Source: Eubacteriales bacterium (GTDB lineage: Bacteria; Bacillota; Clostridia; Oscillospirales; CAG-272). Taken from it: DNA of 61,838 nt. Below the pieces are notes generated by a model. That model did not search any database and had not been told where the DNA came from. It saw only the letters and a list, made by a program, of their open reading frames with translations. Of the stretch, positions 21,770 to 29,949 are shown one piece after another. The stretch covers positions 1-61,838 of the forward strand of contig JBGVFW010000305.1 in NCBI GenBank assembly GCA_045121315.1. Reading direction: 5' to 3'. Every line of letters begins with the position of its first letter. The first letter of the stretch is position 1. The translations under genes were made by a program, and so were the position numbers.

Positions 21770-22840
21770 ATGCTGAATATCACAGTTGAAAAAACAAAAA
21801 CTCCCAAGCAGATACCCGCAAAAGGCGAACCTCTCGGTTTCGGCCATATCTTCACGGACCATATGTTCATGATGAATTACACCGAAGGCAAAGGTTGGCA
21901 CGACGCACGCATCGTTCCTTATCAGAACCTTTCCCTCGACCCTTCCTCTATGGTATTCCATTACGGTCAGGAAATGTTCGAAGGCATGAAAGCATATAAG
22001 ACGGAAGACGGCAAAACTTGCCTCTTCCGCCCCGATATGAACGCAAAACGTACAAATTCCACAAACAAACGTCTCTGTATTCCCGAAGTTCCCGAAGAGG
22101 ACTTCGTACAGGCTGTTAAAGCCATTGTAAAGGTTGACGAAGCGTGGATTCCCACAGACCCCGGCACATCCCTCTACATCCGCCCCTTCATCATTGCAAC
22201 AGACGCTTTCTTGGGTGTTGCTCCCTCTAAGACCTACCTCTTCATCATCATCCTCTCCCCCTCCGGCGCATACTACGCAAGCGGTCTTGCTCCCGTTGGC
22301 ATTTGGATAGAAGATGAATTCGTTCGCGCTGTTCGCGGCGGTATGGGCTTTACAAAGACAGGCGGCAACTACGCCTGCAGCCTTGCGGCTCAGGTAAAAG
22401 CGCACGACGCAGGTTATTCTCAAGTTCTCTGGCTTGACGGCGTTGAACGCAAATATATCGAAGAAGTAGGCGCTATGAACATCTTCTTCAAAATAGACGG
22501 CAAGATAGTTACTCCTATGCTCAACGGCAGCATCCTTCCCGGCGTAACAAGAGATTCCGTTATCAACCTCTGCAAGCACTGGGGTATGCCCGTTGAAGAG
22601 CGCAAGATATCCGTTGACGAACTTATCGAAGCTCAGAATACAGGTAAGCTCGAAGAGATTTTCGGCACAGGCACGGCGGCTGTTATCTCCCCCGTCGGCA
22701 AGCTCCGCTACAAAGACGACGTTATGGTCATCGGTGACGGCAGCATCGGTGAAGTAAGCCAGAAGCTTTACGACACCGTTACGGGAATTCAGCTCGGCAA
22801 GCTCGACGACCCATTCGGTTGGAGAGTTGTAGTTGACTAA
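21770..22840 (+). CDS. ilvE: Branched-chain amino acid aminotransferase
   Basis: LGFGHIFTDHMF...EGMKAY...GG.G..K.GGNYA motifs. 356 aa. Confidence 0.93.
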   Translation: MLNITVEKTKTPKQIPAKGEPLGFGHIFTDHMFMMNYTEGKGWHDARIVPYQNLSLDPSSMVFHYGQEMFEGMKAYKTEDGKTCLFRPDMNAKRTNSTNKRLCIPEVPEEDFVQAVKAIVKVDEAWIPTDPGTSLYIRPFIIATDAFLGVAPSKTYLFIIILSPSGAYYASGLAPVGIWIEDEFVRAVRGGMGFTKTGGNYACSLAAQVKAHDAGYSQVLWLDGVERKYIEEVGAMNIFFKIDGKIVTPMLNGSILPGVTRDSVINLCKHWGMPVEERKISVDELIEAQNTGKLEEIFGTGTAAVISPVGKLRYKDDVMVIGDGSIGEVSQKLYDTVTGIQLGKLDDPFGWRVVVD

Positions 22841-22849
22841 TTAACGCAG

Positions 22850-22883
22850 AAAAAAGAGCCATTTAAAAGATGGCTCTTTTTTA
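22850..22883 (+). terminator. Intrinsic terminator ending the ilv-leu operon
   Basis: AGAGCCAT-7nt-ATGGCTCT followed by TTTTTT. Confidence 0.85.
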
Positions 22884-22928
22884 ATTTTTTTATTTTTTAA
22901 AATTTTTAAAATTATTTTGAAAAAGGTA

Positions 22929-22956
22929 TTGACAAATATTTTATTTGTGGTATACT
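22929..22956 (+). promoter_or_regulatory. Orphan near-consensus promoter with no downstream ORF
   Basis: TTGACA, 16 nt, TATACT, with a TGn extended -10 (TGGTATACT). The next plus-strand gene is more than 18 kb away. Confidence 0.55.
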
Positions 22957-23104
22957 ATTTAGGCTGCAAGCGAAAACGCACTGTTTTTGAAAGAGAAAAC
23001 CAATACGTTTTCAGCTTTTTAAATAAAGCTTGACTGCAACAGCGGTCTTGCGACACAGAAAATTCTACGGAAGTTATATGGCTTTCGTTTCATATAAAAG
23101 GTTT

Positions 23105-23133
23105 TACGAAAGTCATACGGCTTTCGTTTTTTT
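23105..23133 (+). terminator. Terminator-like hairpin 1 downstream of the orphan promoter
   Basis: ACGAAAG-8nt-CTTTCGT followed by TTTTTTT. Confidence 0.55.
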
Positions 23134-23134
23134 G

Positions 23135-23174
23135 CGCCTTTTTCTCGAAAAAGATAAAAAGGCGTTTTTCTTTT
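23135..23174 (+). terminator. Terminator-like hairpin 2
   Basis: CGCCTTTTT-12nt-AAAAAGGCG followed by TTTTTCTTTT. Confidence 0.55.
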
Positions 23175-23342
23175 GCCAGAAGCAAAAGTAATAAAACGCA
23201 AAGAGTTTTAAGTTATTTTATTCTTACTCACTTTTTCTTATTTAAAGAAAAACTCTTACAAAATAAAATCAAGACCGCAAACACCCTTGCTCTTACAAAA
23301 AAAGAGCAGACGATCGCCTCGGGTGCTAAAGGACAGTTAAAA

Positions 23343-23376
23343 AGCCGATATGGATTTCTTTCCACATCGGCTTTTT
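23343..23376. terminator. Terminator-like hairpin 3 (bidirectional shape)
   Basis: AGCCGATATGG/CCACATCGGCT (10 of 11 bp), flanked by AAAA and TTTTT. Confidence 0.55.
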
Positions 23377-23689
23377 CTATTGCACCGCGGCAATCGGTGG
23401 TGACGAACTAAATATGCCTTCCTGGTGGTACGCCGCGTGGTTCCCCGAGCGAGCAAAGTCGAGCTTTTGGGGGGGCGTATGGAAGCGTGGCGGAAGGAGC
23501 CCTAGCGAATTTAAATTTCGATTTGCTTTATTGTAACGCTCTCTCCCTCAGTCAGCTTTGCTGACAGCTCTCTCCCAGAGGGAGCCTCCGGTTGTAACCG
23601 TTCACTTTTCTTCCGTTTCGCTACAAAACTGTCCTTTAAAACACAAAACAGTACGTCTGCTCCTTTTGCGTAACATGATGCCGTCGGCA

Positions 23690-25570
23690 TCATGTTACAA
23701 GTCCCGCGCTCTGTTTGTTGTAGAGCTTCGAATATTCTCCACCCTGCTTTATAAGCGTTTCGTGGTTGCCGGATTCGACGATAATACCGTCCTTGAGCAC
23801 TACGATCATGTCCGCGTCGCGGATAGTGGAAAGTCTGTGTGCAATGATAAAGGACGTTCTGCCCTTCATAAGGTTGATCATAGCCTTCTGAATATTCATC
23901 TCCGTGCGAGTATCGACGGAAGATGTAGCTTCATCAAGAATAAGTATCTTCGGGTCTGCGAGTATTGCGCGCGCAATGGCAAGAAGCTGTCGCTGACCCT
24001 GCGAAAGGTTGGATCCGCCCTCGGAAAGTACGGTGCCGTACCCTTCGGGAAGTCTTTCCGTAAAGTGATCTGCCATAGCCATATCCGCTGCGTTTTTAAC
24101 CTGTTCGTCCGTCGCATCGAGGTTGCCGTACTTGATATTTGCGCGAATAGTGTCGCCCCAAAGCACGGTATCCTGCAAAACGATGGAAATAAGGTGGCGC
24201 AGGTTATCTTTCGGGATATCTCGGATATCAACACCGTCTATCGTGATACGGCCTCCCTGCGGCTCGTAAAAGCGCATGAGAAGGTTTATTATCGTCGTCT
24301 TACCCGAACCTGTCGCGCCTACAATAGCAATCTTCTGACCGGGTTTGACGGAAAGGTTGAGCTTTTTAAGCACAGGCTCCGTGGGAATATAACCGAAATC
24401 GATGTTTTCAAATTCGATATCGCCGTTGATATCCTCTGCGTTAAGGAACTTTTTGCCCTCATCAATTTCGTCCTCGCTGTCCATAATGGCAAATATACGT
24501 TCCGCGCCCGCAAGAGCCGTCATAAGCGTGGAATACTGGTTTGCGATCATATTGATAGGGTGCGTGAACTTTTTGGAATATGTGAGCATCGCTTGAATAG
24601 TTCCGATGGTGATGCCCGCACCGATGGGACTTTCGGGAAATTTTATCATAAGCACGCCGCCGACAGCTGCAAGTATAACGTACTGAAGGTTTCCCAAGAA
24701 GTTCATTATCGGACCCATTACAGAGCCGCAAATGCGCGCTTTGATACTGCAAGTGCGCAGTTTATCCGCGCTCTCCGCAAAATCGTCAACAGCTTTTTTC
24801 TCCTTGCCGTACGCAACAACCGTGCGGTAACCGCTTACCATTTCTTCGACGTGGCTATTGAGCTTGCCGAGCAGTTTCTGCTGTTCCGCGAAATATTTGC
24901 GCATGAATTTTGCAAGATTTGTGGAAATGATTATAGTAAGGGGTATCGTAAGAATGGCTATAAGCGTCATTAAAGGGCTGTAATAGATCATCATTACGCC
25001 AACACCTACAACCGTCATAATTGCGGAAAAAAGCGTTGTAATCGTCTGAGAAACGGCGTTTGAAACGTTTTCAACGTCATTTGTCATGCTGCTCATCATG
25101 TCGCCGTGGCGGTGGTTATCCGTATAGCTTATGGGGAGCTTGGATATCTTGCGGAAAAGGTCTTTACGCAGGCGGTAGACCGTGTTCTGCGAAAGACGCG
25201 CGGAAAGAATACTCTGCACGTATGTAAGAACGCCGCTTATCGCAAAGATGATGCCCATAAGGAGCAAATAAAATCTCATAGAATCGAAATCGACCGTAAC
25301 CTTGCCCCCTGCAAAGCTTATCGTGTCAATAGCCTCCTGCTGGAGTTTAGGTCCAAGGATATCTATACACGTTACGGCAAGCACGAGCGCGAGGAGCGCA
25401 ACAAGTATGGCGCGGCTTTTACCGATGTAACGGAAAAGCTTGCCGAGAGTCTGCATCATGTTTTTGGGTTTTTCTGCGTTAAGGCGCGCACCCATGGGAC
25501 CGCCCGCGGGGCGTCCGCTTATATTAGGCATATTACGCATTTGGGGCGAGGATCTTCTTTCGTCAGCCAT
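23690..25570 (-). CDS. ABC exporter, fused permease/ATPase half-transporter (subunit B)
   Basis: Six-TM exporter domain, Walker A GATGSGKTT, LSQGQRQ signature, ILILDEATS. GGAGG lies 8 nt before the ATG at 25570. 8-nt overlap with the upstream gene. Confidence 0.9.
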   Translation of the reverse strand: MADERRSSPQMRNMPNISGRPAGGPMGARLNAEKPKNMMQTLGKLFRYIGKSRAILVALLALVLAVTCIDILGPKLQQEAIDTISFAGGKVTVDFDSMRFYLLLMGIIFAISGVLTYVQSILSARLSQNTVYRLRKDLFRKISKLPISYTDNHRHGDMMSSMTNDVENVSNAVSQTITTLFSAIMTVVGVGVMMIYYSPLMTLIAILTIPLTIIISTNLAKFMRKYFAEQQKLLGKLNSHVEEMVSGYRTVVAYGKEKKAVDDFAESADKLRTCSIKARICGSVMGPIMNFLGNLQYVILAAVGGVLMIKFPESPIGAGITIGTIQAMLTYSKKFTHPINMIANQYSTLMTALAGAERIFAIMDSEDEIDEGKKFLNAEDINGDIEFENIDFGYIPTEPVLKKLNLSVKPGQKIAIVGATGSGKTTIINLLMRFYEPQGGRITIDGVDIRDIPKDNLRHLISIVLQDTVLWGDTIRANIKYGNLDATDEQVKNAADMAMADHFTERLPEGYGTVLSEGGSNLSQGQRQLLAIARAILADPKILILDEATSSVDTRTEMNIQKAMINLMKGRTSFIIAHRLSTIRDADMIVVLKDGIIVESGNHETLIKQGGEYSKLYNKQSAGLVT

Positions 25571-27389
25571 TTGTCGTTTCCTCCTTTCTGCCATATTCGC
25601 GCATCTGCGAATTGTAAATATCACGGTATGTGTCGCTCAAGCGCAAGAGTTCTTCATGCGGTGCGACATGCAAAATAGAGCCGTCGTTTTCGATAACGGC
25701 GATTCTGTCCGCCTCCATAACGCTGGCTATACGCTGTGCGACCATGATAACGGTCGTATCTTTTGCGTTTTCCTTGACAGCGGCGCGAAGTTTTGCTTCC
25801 GTCACAAGGTCAAGAGCAGAGGTAGAGTCATCGAGAATGAGTATTTCGGGTTTGCGGACAAGCGCACGCGCAATAGAAATACGCTGTTTTTGGCCGCCCG
25901 AAAGGGACGCGCCCTTTTCGGCAACGAACGTATCGTAGCCTTCCACAAAGCCGCCGATAAAGCCGTCTGCCTGCGCTATTTTCGCTGCTTCAACAACTTC
26001 CTCGTGGGTCGCCGTAGGCTTGCCCCAGCGAATGTTGCCCTCTATCGTATCGGAGAAAAGCTCGCTCTTCTGCATAACGTAGCCTATCTTGCCGCGCAAT
26101 GCGCCAAGGTCGTAATCCTTGACGTTCATGCCGTCTATAAGAACTTCGCCCTCCGTCGCGTCATAAAAGCGCGGAATGAGGTAAATGAGCGAGGATTTGC
26201 CGCAGCCCGTGGAGCCGATAACGGCGAGAGTTTCGCCCTTCTTCACGTCGAGATTGATGTTTTTGAGCACAGGTCTGCCGTTTGTATTCGGATAACGGAA
26301 GCTTACATTTTTAAAGGAAACAGTTACGCTGTCGGGGGAAGCGTTCTTTGTGCCGCTTTCGATAACAGGTTCCGTCACCAATATCTCGTTCACGCGCTTT
26401 GCGGAAGCGGAAGCTCGAACCGTGGACTGGAAGATGTTCGTCGCCATCATAACGGAGTTGATGACCTGAGTTATGTATGTTATAGCCGCCATAATGTCGC
26501 CCGTGTTAAGACCGGCGGCTTCGATCTTGATGTTGAACCCACCGATGTAGATAACGGCGATTATGGAGAAGTTCATGATTATCGTAAGCACAGGGGAGAT
26601 GACCGCCATCGTTTTAAGAGTGCGATAGTTTTCGTTTCTGAGCTCGGAATTAGCCTTGTCAAAGCGTTCACATTCGTAATCCTCACGCACAAAAGCCTTA
26701 ACAACGCGCGCGCCGCCGATGTTTTCGCCAACAACTGAGTTCACCTTATCGAGCTTTTTCTGTACAAGCGTGAAAATAGGCGTTACGCGAATGAGCACGG
26801 CGAGTATTACGATAACGAGCGCGGGAATAGCGCAAAGAAGCACCGTTGAGAATTTGAGGTTGAGCGTTATTATCATTACCGTGCCGCCGATTATGAACAT
26901 AGGCGAGCGAACGAAGCCTTTGAGAAGCATTTCAAAGAAGTCAACCACGATGGAAATATCGTTCGTCATTCTTGTGATAAGCGATCCTGTTGTGAATTTG
27001 TCTGTTTGCTCTATGGAGAGGGACATTACCTTTCCGTATGCGTCACGGCGCAGATCATAGCCCAAGCCGTGAGCCGATTTTGCGGATGTATAAGCGCTGA
27101 ACGTGCCGAAAAATCCGCCTACAAGCGTTATTATCAACATCAGCACGCCGAACGCAATGATAACGCTGACCTGTGAATAATTTTTTCCAAAAAGGAAATT
27201 AAGAATGTTCGCCGCAAGAGAAGAGCCTTCCGCAGGGTCATTTACGTCGATGCCCGTAATACCGTAGTTTACGATATAGGACATGAGGTAAGGAAGGCAC
27301 AGGTCGGCAAATACTTCGCCGACCATCAGCAGCGGCGAGATCATTGCCAGAAGCCAATAAGGTTTCAGGTATGAAAACATTTTTTTCAT
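25563..27389 (-). CDS. ABC exporter, fused permease/ATPase half-transporter (subunit A)
   Basis: GSTGCGKSS Walker A, LSGGQKQR signature, ILILDDSTS. ATGA overlap with the marR stop. Confidence 0.9.
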   Translation of the reverse strand: MKKMFSYLKPYWLLAMISPLLMVGEVFADLCLPYLMSYIVNYGITGIDVNDPAEGSSLAANILNFLFGKNYSQVSVIIAFGVLMLIITLVGGFFGTFSAYTSAKSAHGLGYDLRRDAYGKVMSLSIEQTDKFTTGSLITRMTNDISIVVDFFEMLLKGFVRSPMFIIGGTVMIITLNLKFSTVLLCAIPALVIVILAVLIRVTPIFTLVQKKLDKVNSVVGENIGGARVVKAFVREDYECERFDKANSELRNENYRTLKTMAVISPVLTIIMNFSIIAVIYIGGFNIKIEAAGLNTGDIMAAITYITQVINSVMMATNIFQSTVRASASAKRVNEILVTEPVIESGTKNASPDSVTVSFKNVSFRYPNTNGRPVLKNINLDVKKGETLAVIGSTGCGKSSLIYLIPRFYDATEGEVLIDGMNVKDYDLGALRGKIGYVMQKSELFSDTIEGNIRWGKPTATHEEVVEAAKIAQADGFIGGFVEGYDTFVAEKGASLSGGQKQRISIARALVRKPEILILDDSTSALDLVTEAKLRAAVKENAKDTTVIMVAQRIASVMEADRIAVIENDGSILHVAPHEELLRLSDTYRDIYNSQMREYGRKEETTNG

Positions 27390-27868
27390 TGTTTTTGCCT
27401 CTTTTCTGCCCGCGGACAATGTCCACAGGACCTCGTTTCGTCGCCGAATCGTTCATCCCAATCGGCGATTATTTTGTTTAAAATTTCTTCGAGCGTGGTA
27501 AGCTCTTCCGGAGAAAGCGAAAGCATGGTCATTCTTGCCGCTTCCGTCTGCTTGCGGATCATTTCCACAGCAAGTTTTTTGCCGTCTTCCGTAAGCGTTA
27601 CGTTAATGTTTCGTTTGTCTTCGTCGTGCGGGGTGCGGGTAATAAGTCCTTCACTTTCCATTTTCGAAAGTATTTCGCTGGACGAGGACGGGCGTATAGA
27701 CATCTTTTCCGCAAAGACCTTTTGCGTTATCGTGCCGGATTCGTAAAGCACGCGAAGTGCGCGGTCGCGCCCGGGTTTTTCAAAAAAGCGGTGGAAAATA
27801 TAATGCGCATATTTTTCCAAAAGGAAGATAACGCGCGTTTTTTGCTCTATATTTTCGTTTTCACCCAT
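27386..27868 (-). CDS. MarR family transcriptional regulator
   Basis: Winged-HTH pattern (TQKVFAEKMSIRPSSSSEILSKMESEGLITRTPHDEDKRNINVTLTEDG). AAGGAG RBS before the ATG at 27868. Confidence 0.85.
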   Translation of the reverse strand: MGENENIEQKTRVIFLLEKYAHYIFHRFFEKPGRDRALRVLYESGTITQKVFAEKMSIRPSSSSEILSKMESEGLITRTPHDEDKRNINVTLTEDGKKLAVEMIRKQTEAARMTMLSLSPEELTTLEEILNKIIADWDERFGDETRSCGHCPRAEKRQKQ

Positions 27869-27923
27869 AATTTTGCTCCTTTCGTTGTTGATTCCTATAT
27901 AATGATATACCCGGAAAGAAGAA

Positions 27924-27975
27924 ATGTCAAGGTACCGAATGAATTTTTCTTGAAAATCATTCGGTACCTTGACAT
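27924..27975. promoter_or_regulatory. Perfect 19-bp inverted-repeat operator overlapping the marR promoter -35
   Basis: ATGTCAAGGTACCGAATGA, 14 nt, TCATTCGGTACCTTGACAT. On the minus strand, TTGACA (27930-27925), 17 nt, TATCAT (27907-27902). Confidence 0.7.
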
Positions 27976-28065
27976 AAAAACAAGACTGCCGCAGCAAGAC
28001 AGGCGGACTTTGTGAAAAAAAAGACGGAAGAGTTTTTACCTAATTTTGAAGTAGTTTCCTATAAA

Positions 28066-28097
28066 GCAAAAAGAAAAGACTTCCTTTCGGAAGTCTT
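28066..28097 (-). terminator. Intrinsic terminator ending the ABC importer operon
   Basis: AAGACTTCC-TTTC-GGAAGTCTT, with a T-rich tract following on the minus strand. Confidence 0.8.
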
Positions 28098-28105
28098 AAA
28101 CTTTT

Positions 28106-28921
28106 TTAACCGAGGAGCGCGCGGTCGTTTGCAAACTCCGTGCCGCTGGTCTGAGAGAATTTTTCCATAAGCGCTTCTACCGTGAGTTTTTTCTTTTCCT
28201 CACCGGAAACGTCGAAAATGACTCTGCCTTCGTGCATCATGATAAGTCGGTTGCCATGAGCAATGGCGTCTTTCATGTTGTGAGTTACCATAAGAGCGGT
28301 GAGGTTGTTTTCCGCTATAAGCATATCAGAAATTTCAAGCACCTTTGCCGCCGTTTTGGGGTCGAGAGCCGCCGTGTGCTCATCGAGAAGGAGGAGCTTC
28401 GGCTGTTTTAGCGTCGCCATAAGGAGCGTGAGCGCCTGGCGCTGACCGCCCGAAAGAAGACCTACCTTTGCGCTCATTCTGTCTTCAAGTCCGAGTCCGA
28501 GCGTTGCAACGATCTCGCGGAAGGATCTGCGTTCCTTCGCTGTGATAGCCCAGTTAAGTGTTCTGGTTTTTCCGCGGCGCGCCGCCAAAGCAAGGTTTTC
28601 ATCTATCTGCATATTTCCCGCAGTACCCGTCATTGGGTCTTGGAACACTCTGCCGATATATTTTGCACGTTTATATTCGGGTTGCTTGCTGATATTTACG
28701 CCGTCAATGGAAATAGCGCCATCGTCTATGGGCCAAACGCCCGCAACCGCGTTGAGCATAGTAGATTTACCCGCCCCGTTACCGCCGATGATCGTTACGA
28801 AATCGCCGGGGGCAAGGTCAAGGTTTACGCCGTTGAGCGCGATCTTTTCGTTTATCGTGCCGGGGAAAAACACCTTACGCACGCCATGGAGAGAAAGCAT
28901 GGGGTTCTGTACTTCTGCCAT
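28106..28921 (-). CDS. ABC importer ATP-binding protein (COG1101-like)
   Basis: GGNGAGKST Walker A, LSGGQRQ signature, LLLLDEHTAALD. Confidence 0.9.
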   Translation of the reverse strand: MAEVQNPMLSLHGVRKVFFPGTINEKIALNGVNLDLAPGDFVTIIGGNGAGKSTMLNAVAGVWPIDDGAISIDGVNISKQPEYKRAKYIGRVFQDPMTGTAGNMQIDENLALAARRGKTRTLNWAITAKERRSFREIVATLGLGLEDRMSAKVGLLSGGQRQALTLLMATLKQPKLLLLDEHTAALDPKTAAKVLEISDMLIAENNLTALMVTHNMKDAIAHGNRLIMMHEGRVIFDVSGEEKKKLTVEALMEKFSQTSGTEFANDRALLG

Positions 28922-28922
28922 A

Positions 28923-29858
28923 TTATTTTCCCTCCTTATTCACGATCTTCTTTTTGGAAGTTCTTTTTATTTTGTTTGCGGAGTTCGTTATTACGAGCGC
29001 AACAACGACAACACCCGCCGTCATGATCTTAAGGTCTGTGGAGGGCATACCGGAGTAAATAACTATTGCAACTACGATACGGTAAATAACCGCGCCGGCA
29101 ACGATACCCGTAAGAGCCAAGAAGAAGTTTTTGCAGCGAGCGAAAATTGCTTCACCGATGATGATGGAAGCAAGACCGATAACGATAGCGCCAACACCCA
29201 TGTTAACGTCGCTGTAACCCTGATACTGGCAGAGGAGCGCACCCGAAAGAGCAATAAGACCGTTGGAAATAGCAAGACCCACGATCTTTGTAAAGTCTGT
29301 GTCTATGCCCTGTGCGCGGCACATTTTTTCGTTGTTACCCGTTGCGCGGATAGCGGAGCCGAGCTCCGTGCCGAAGAACCAATAAAGCGCACCCATAACA
29401 ACAAGGCAGCTCACAGCGCCGATGATGAGCGAAGCGTTCATTTTGCTAAGGTTGAACGCGCTCTTTACCATGGAGTAAAGCGTGCCGTTGCTGTAATTGA
29501 GCAAGGAGAGGTTTGCCGTGCCTTCCGTGCCGCTGGCAAAGCTCATAATGTGAATGTTTACGGAGTAAAGCGAGATCATCGTAAGAATACCTGCCAAGAT
29601 AGGAGGTATCTTGAGCTTCGTGTGGAGCACGCCCGTGACGATGCCCGCAAGACAGCCCGCAACGAAAGCTATAAGTATCGCTAAAAATGGGTTTACGGAT
29701 TTCCATATCATCGTCGCCGCAACGGACGCGCCGAGGGTGATACAGCCTTCGCAGGTAAGATCGGCAAAATCAAGAACGCGGTAAGAAACGTAAACGCCCA
29801 AAGCGAGTATCGCCCAGATAAGCCCCTGAGTTAAGCCCGAGAGCAAAATTGTATCCAT
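28923..29858 (-). CDS. ABC importer permease (COG4120-like)
   Basis: Polytopic membrane protein placed between the binding-protein and ATPase genes. Confidence 0.88.
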   Translation of the reverse strand: MDTILLSGLTQGLIWAILALGVYVSYRVLDFADLTCEGCITLGASVAATMIWKSVNPFLAILIAFVAGCLAGIVTGVLHTKLKIPPILAGILTMISLYSVNIHIMSFASGTEGTANLSLLNYSNGTLYSMVKSAFNLSKMNASLIIGAVSCLVVMGALYWFFGTELGSAIRATGNNEKMCRAQGIDTDFTKIVGLAISNGLIALSGALLCQYQGYSDVNMGVGAIVIGLASIIIGEAIFARCKNFFLALTGIVAGAVIYRIVVAIVIYSGMPSTDLKIMTAGVVVVALVITNSANKIKRTSKKKIVNKEGK

Positions 29859-29949
29859 ATTGAGATAGAGTTTCCTTTCAAAAATGCATTGCGAGTGTTG
29901 CGCCCCAAAAGACGCAACACTCGTAGTAAAAGCTATTATTTACTTTAAA

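Larger units (their letters stand above)
22960..23690. repeat. Gene-free mosaic of repeat modules and hairpins between convergent operons
   Basis: 23223-23253 matches 36028-36062 in direct orientation. 23425-23455 matches 36150-36195 in inverted orientation. No ORF over 60 aa has coding character. Confidence 0.6.

Noticed and set aside
23078-23191. 37-codon ORF (MAFVSYKRFYESHTAFVFLRLFLEKDKKAFFFCQKQK) with a GGAAG 5 nt upstream, downstream of the orphan promoter.
   Set aside because: It runs straight through two terminator hairpins, and its repeated sequence simply mirrors the 39-nt DNA duplication. There is no coding signature.
23558-26738. 471-aa and 432-aa plus-strand ORFs.
   Set aside because: They are antisense to the two ABC exporter genes, which have clear Walker A, signature and Walker B motifs. 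They have no motifs or RBS. They share the codon-bias artefact seen opposite ilv, leu, his, folC and yicC.
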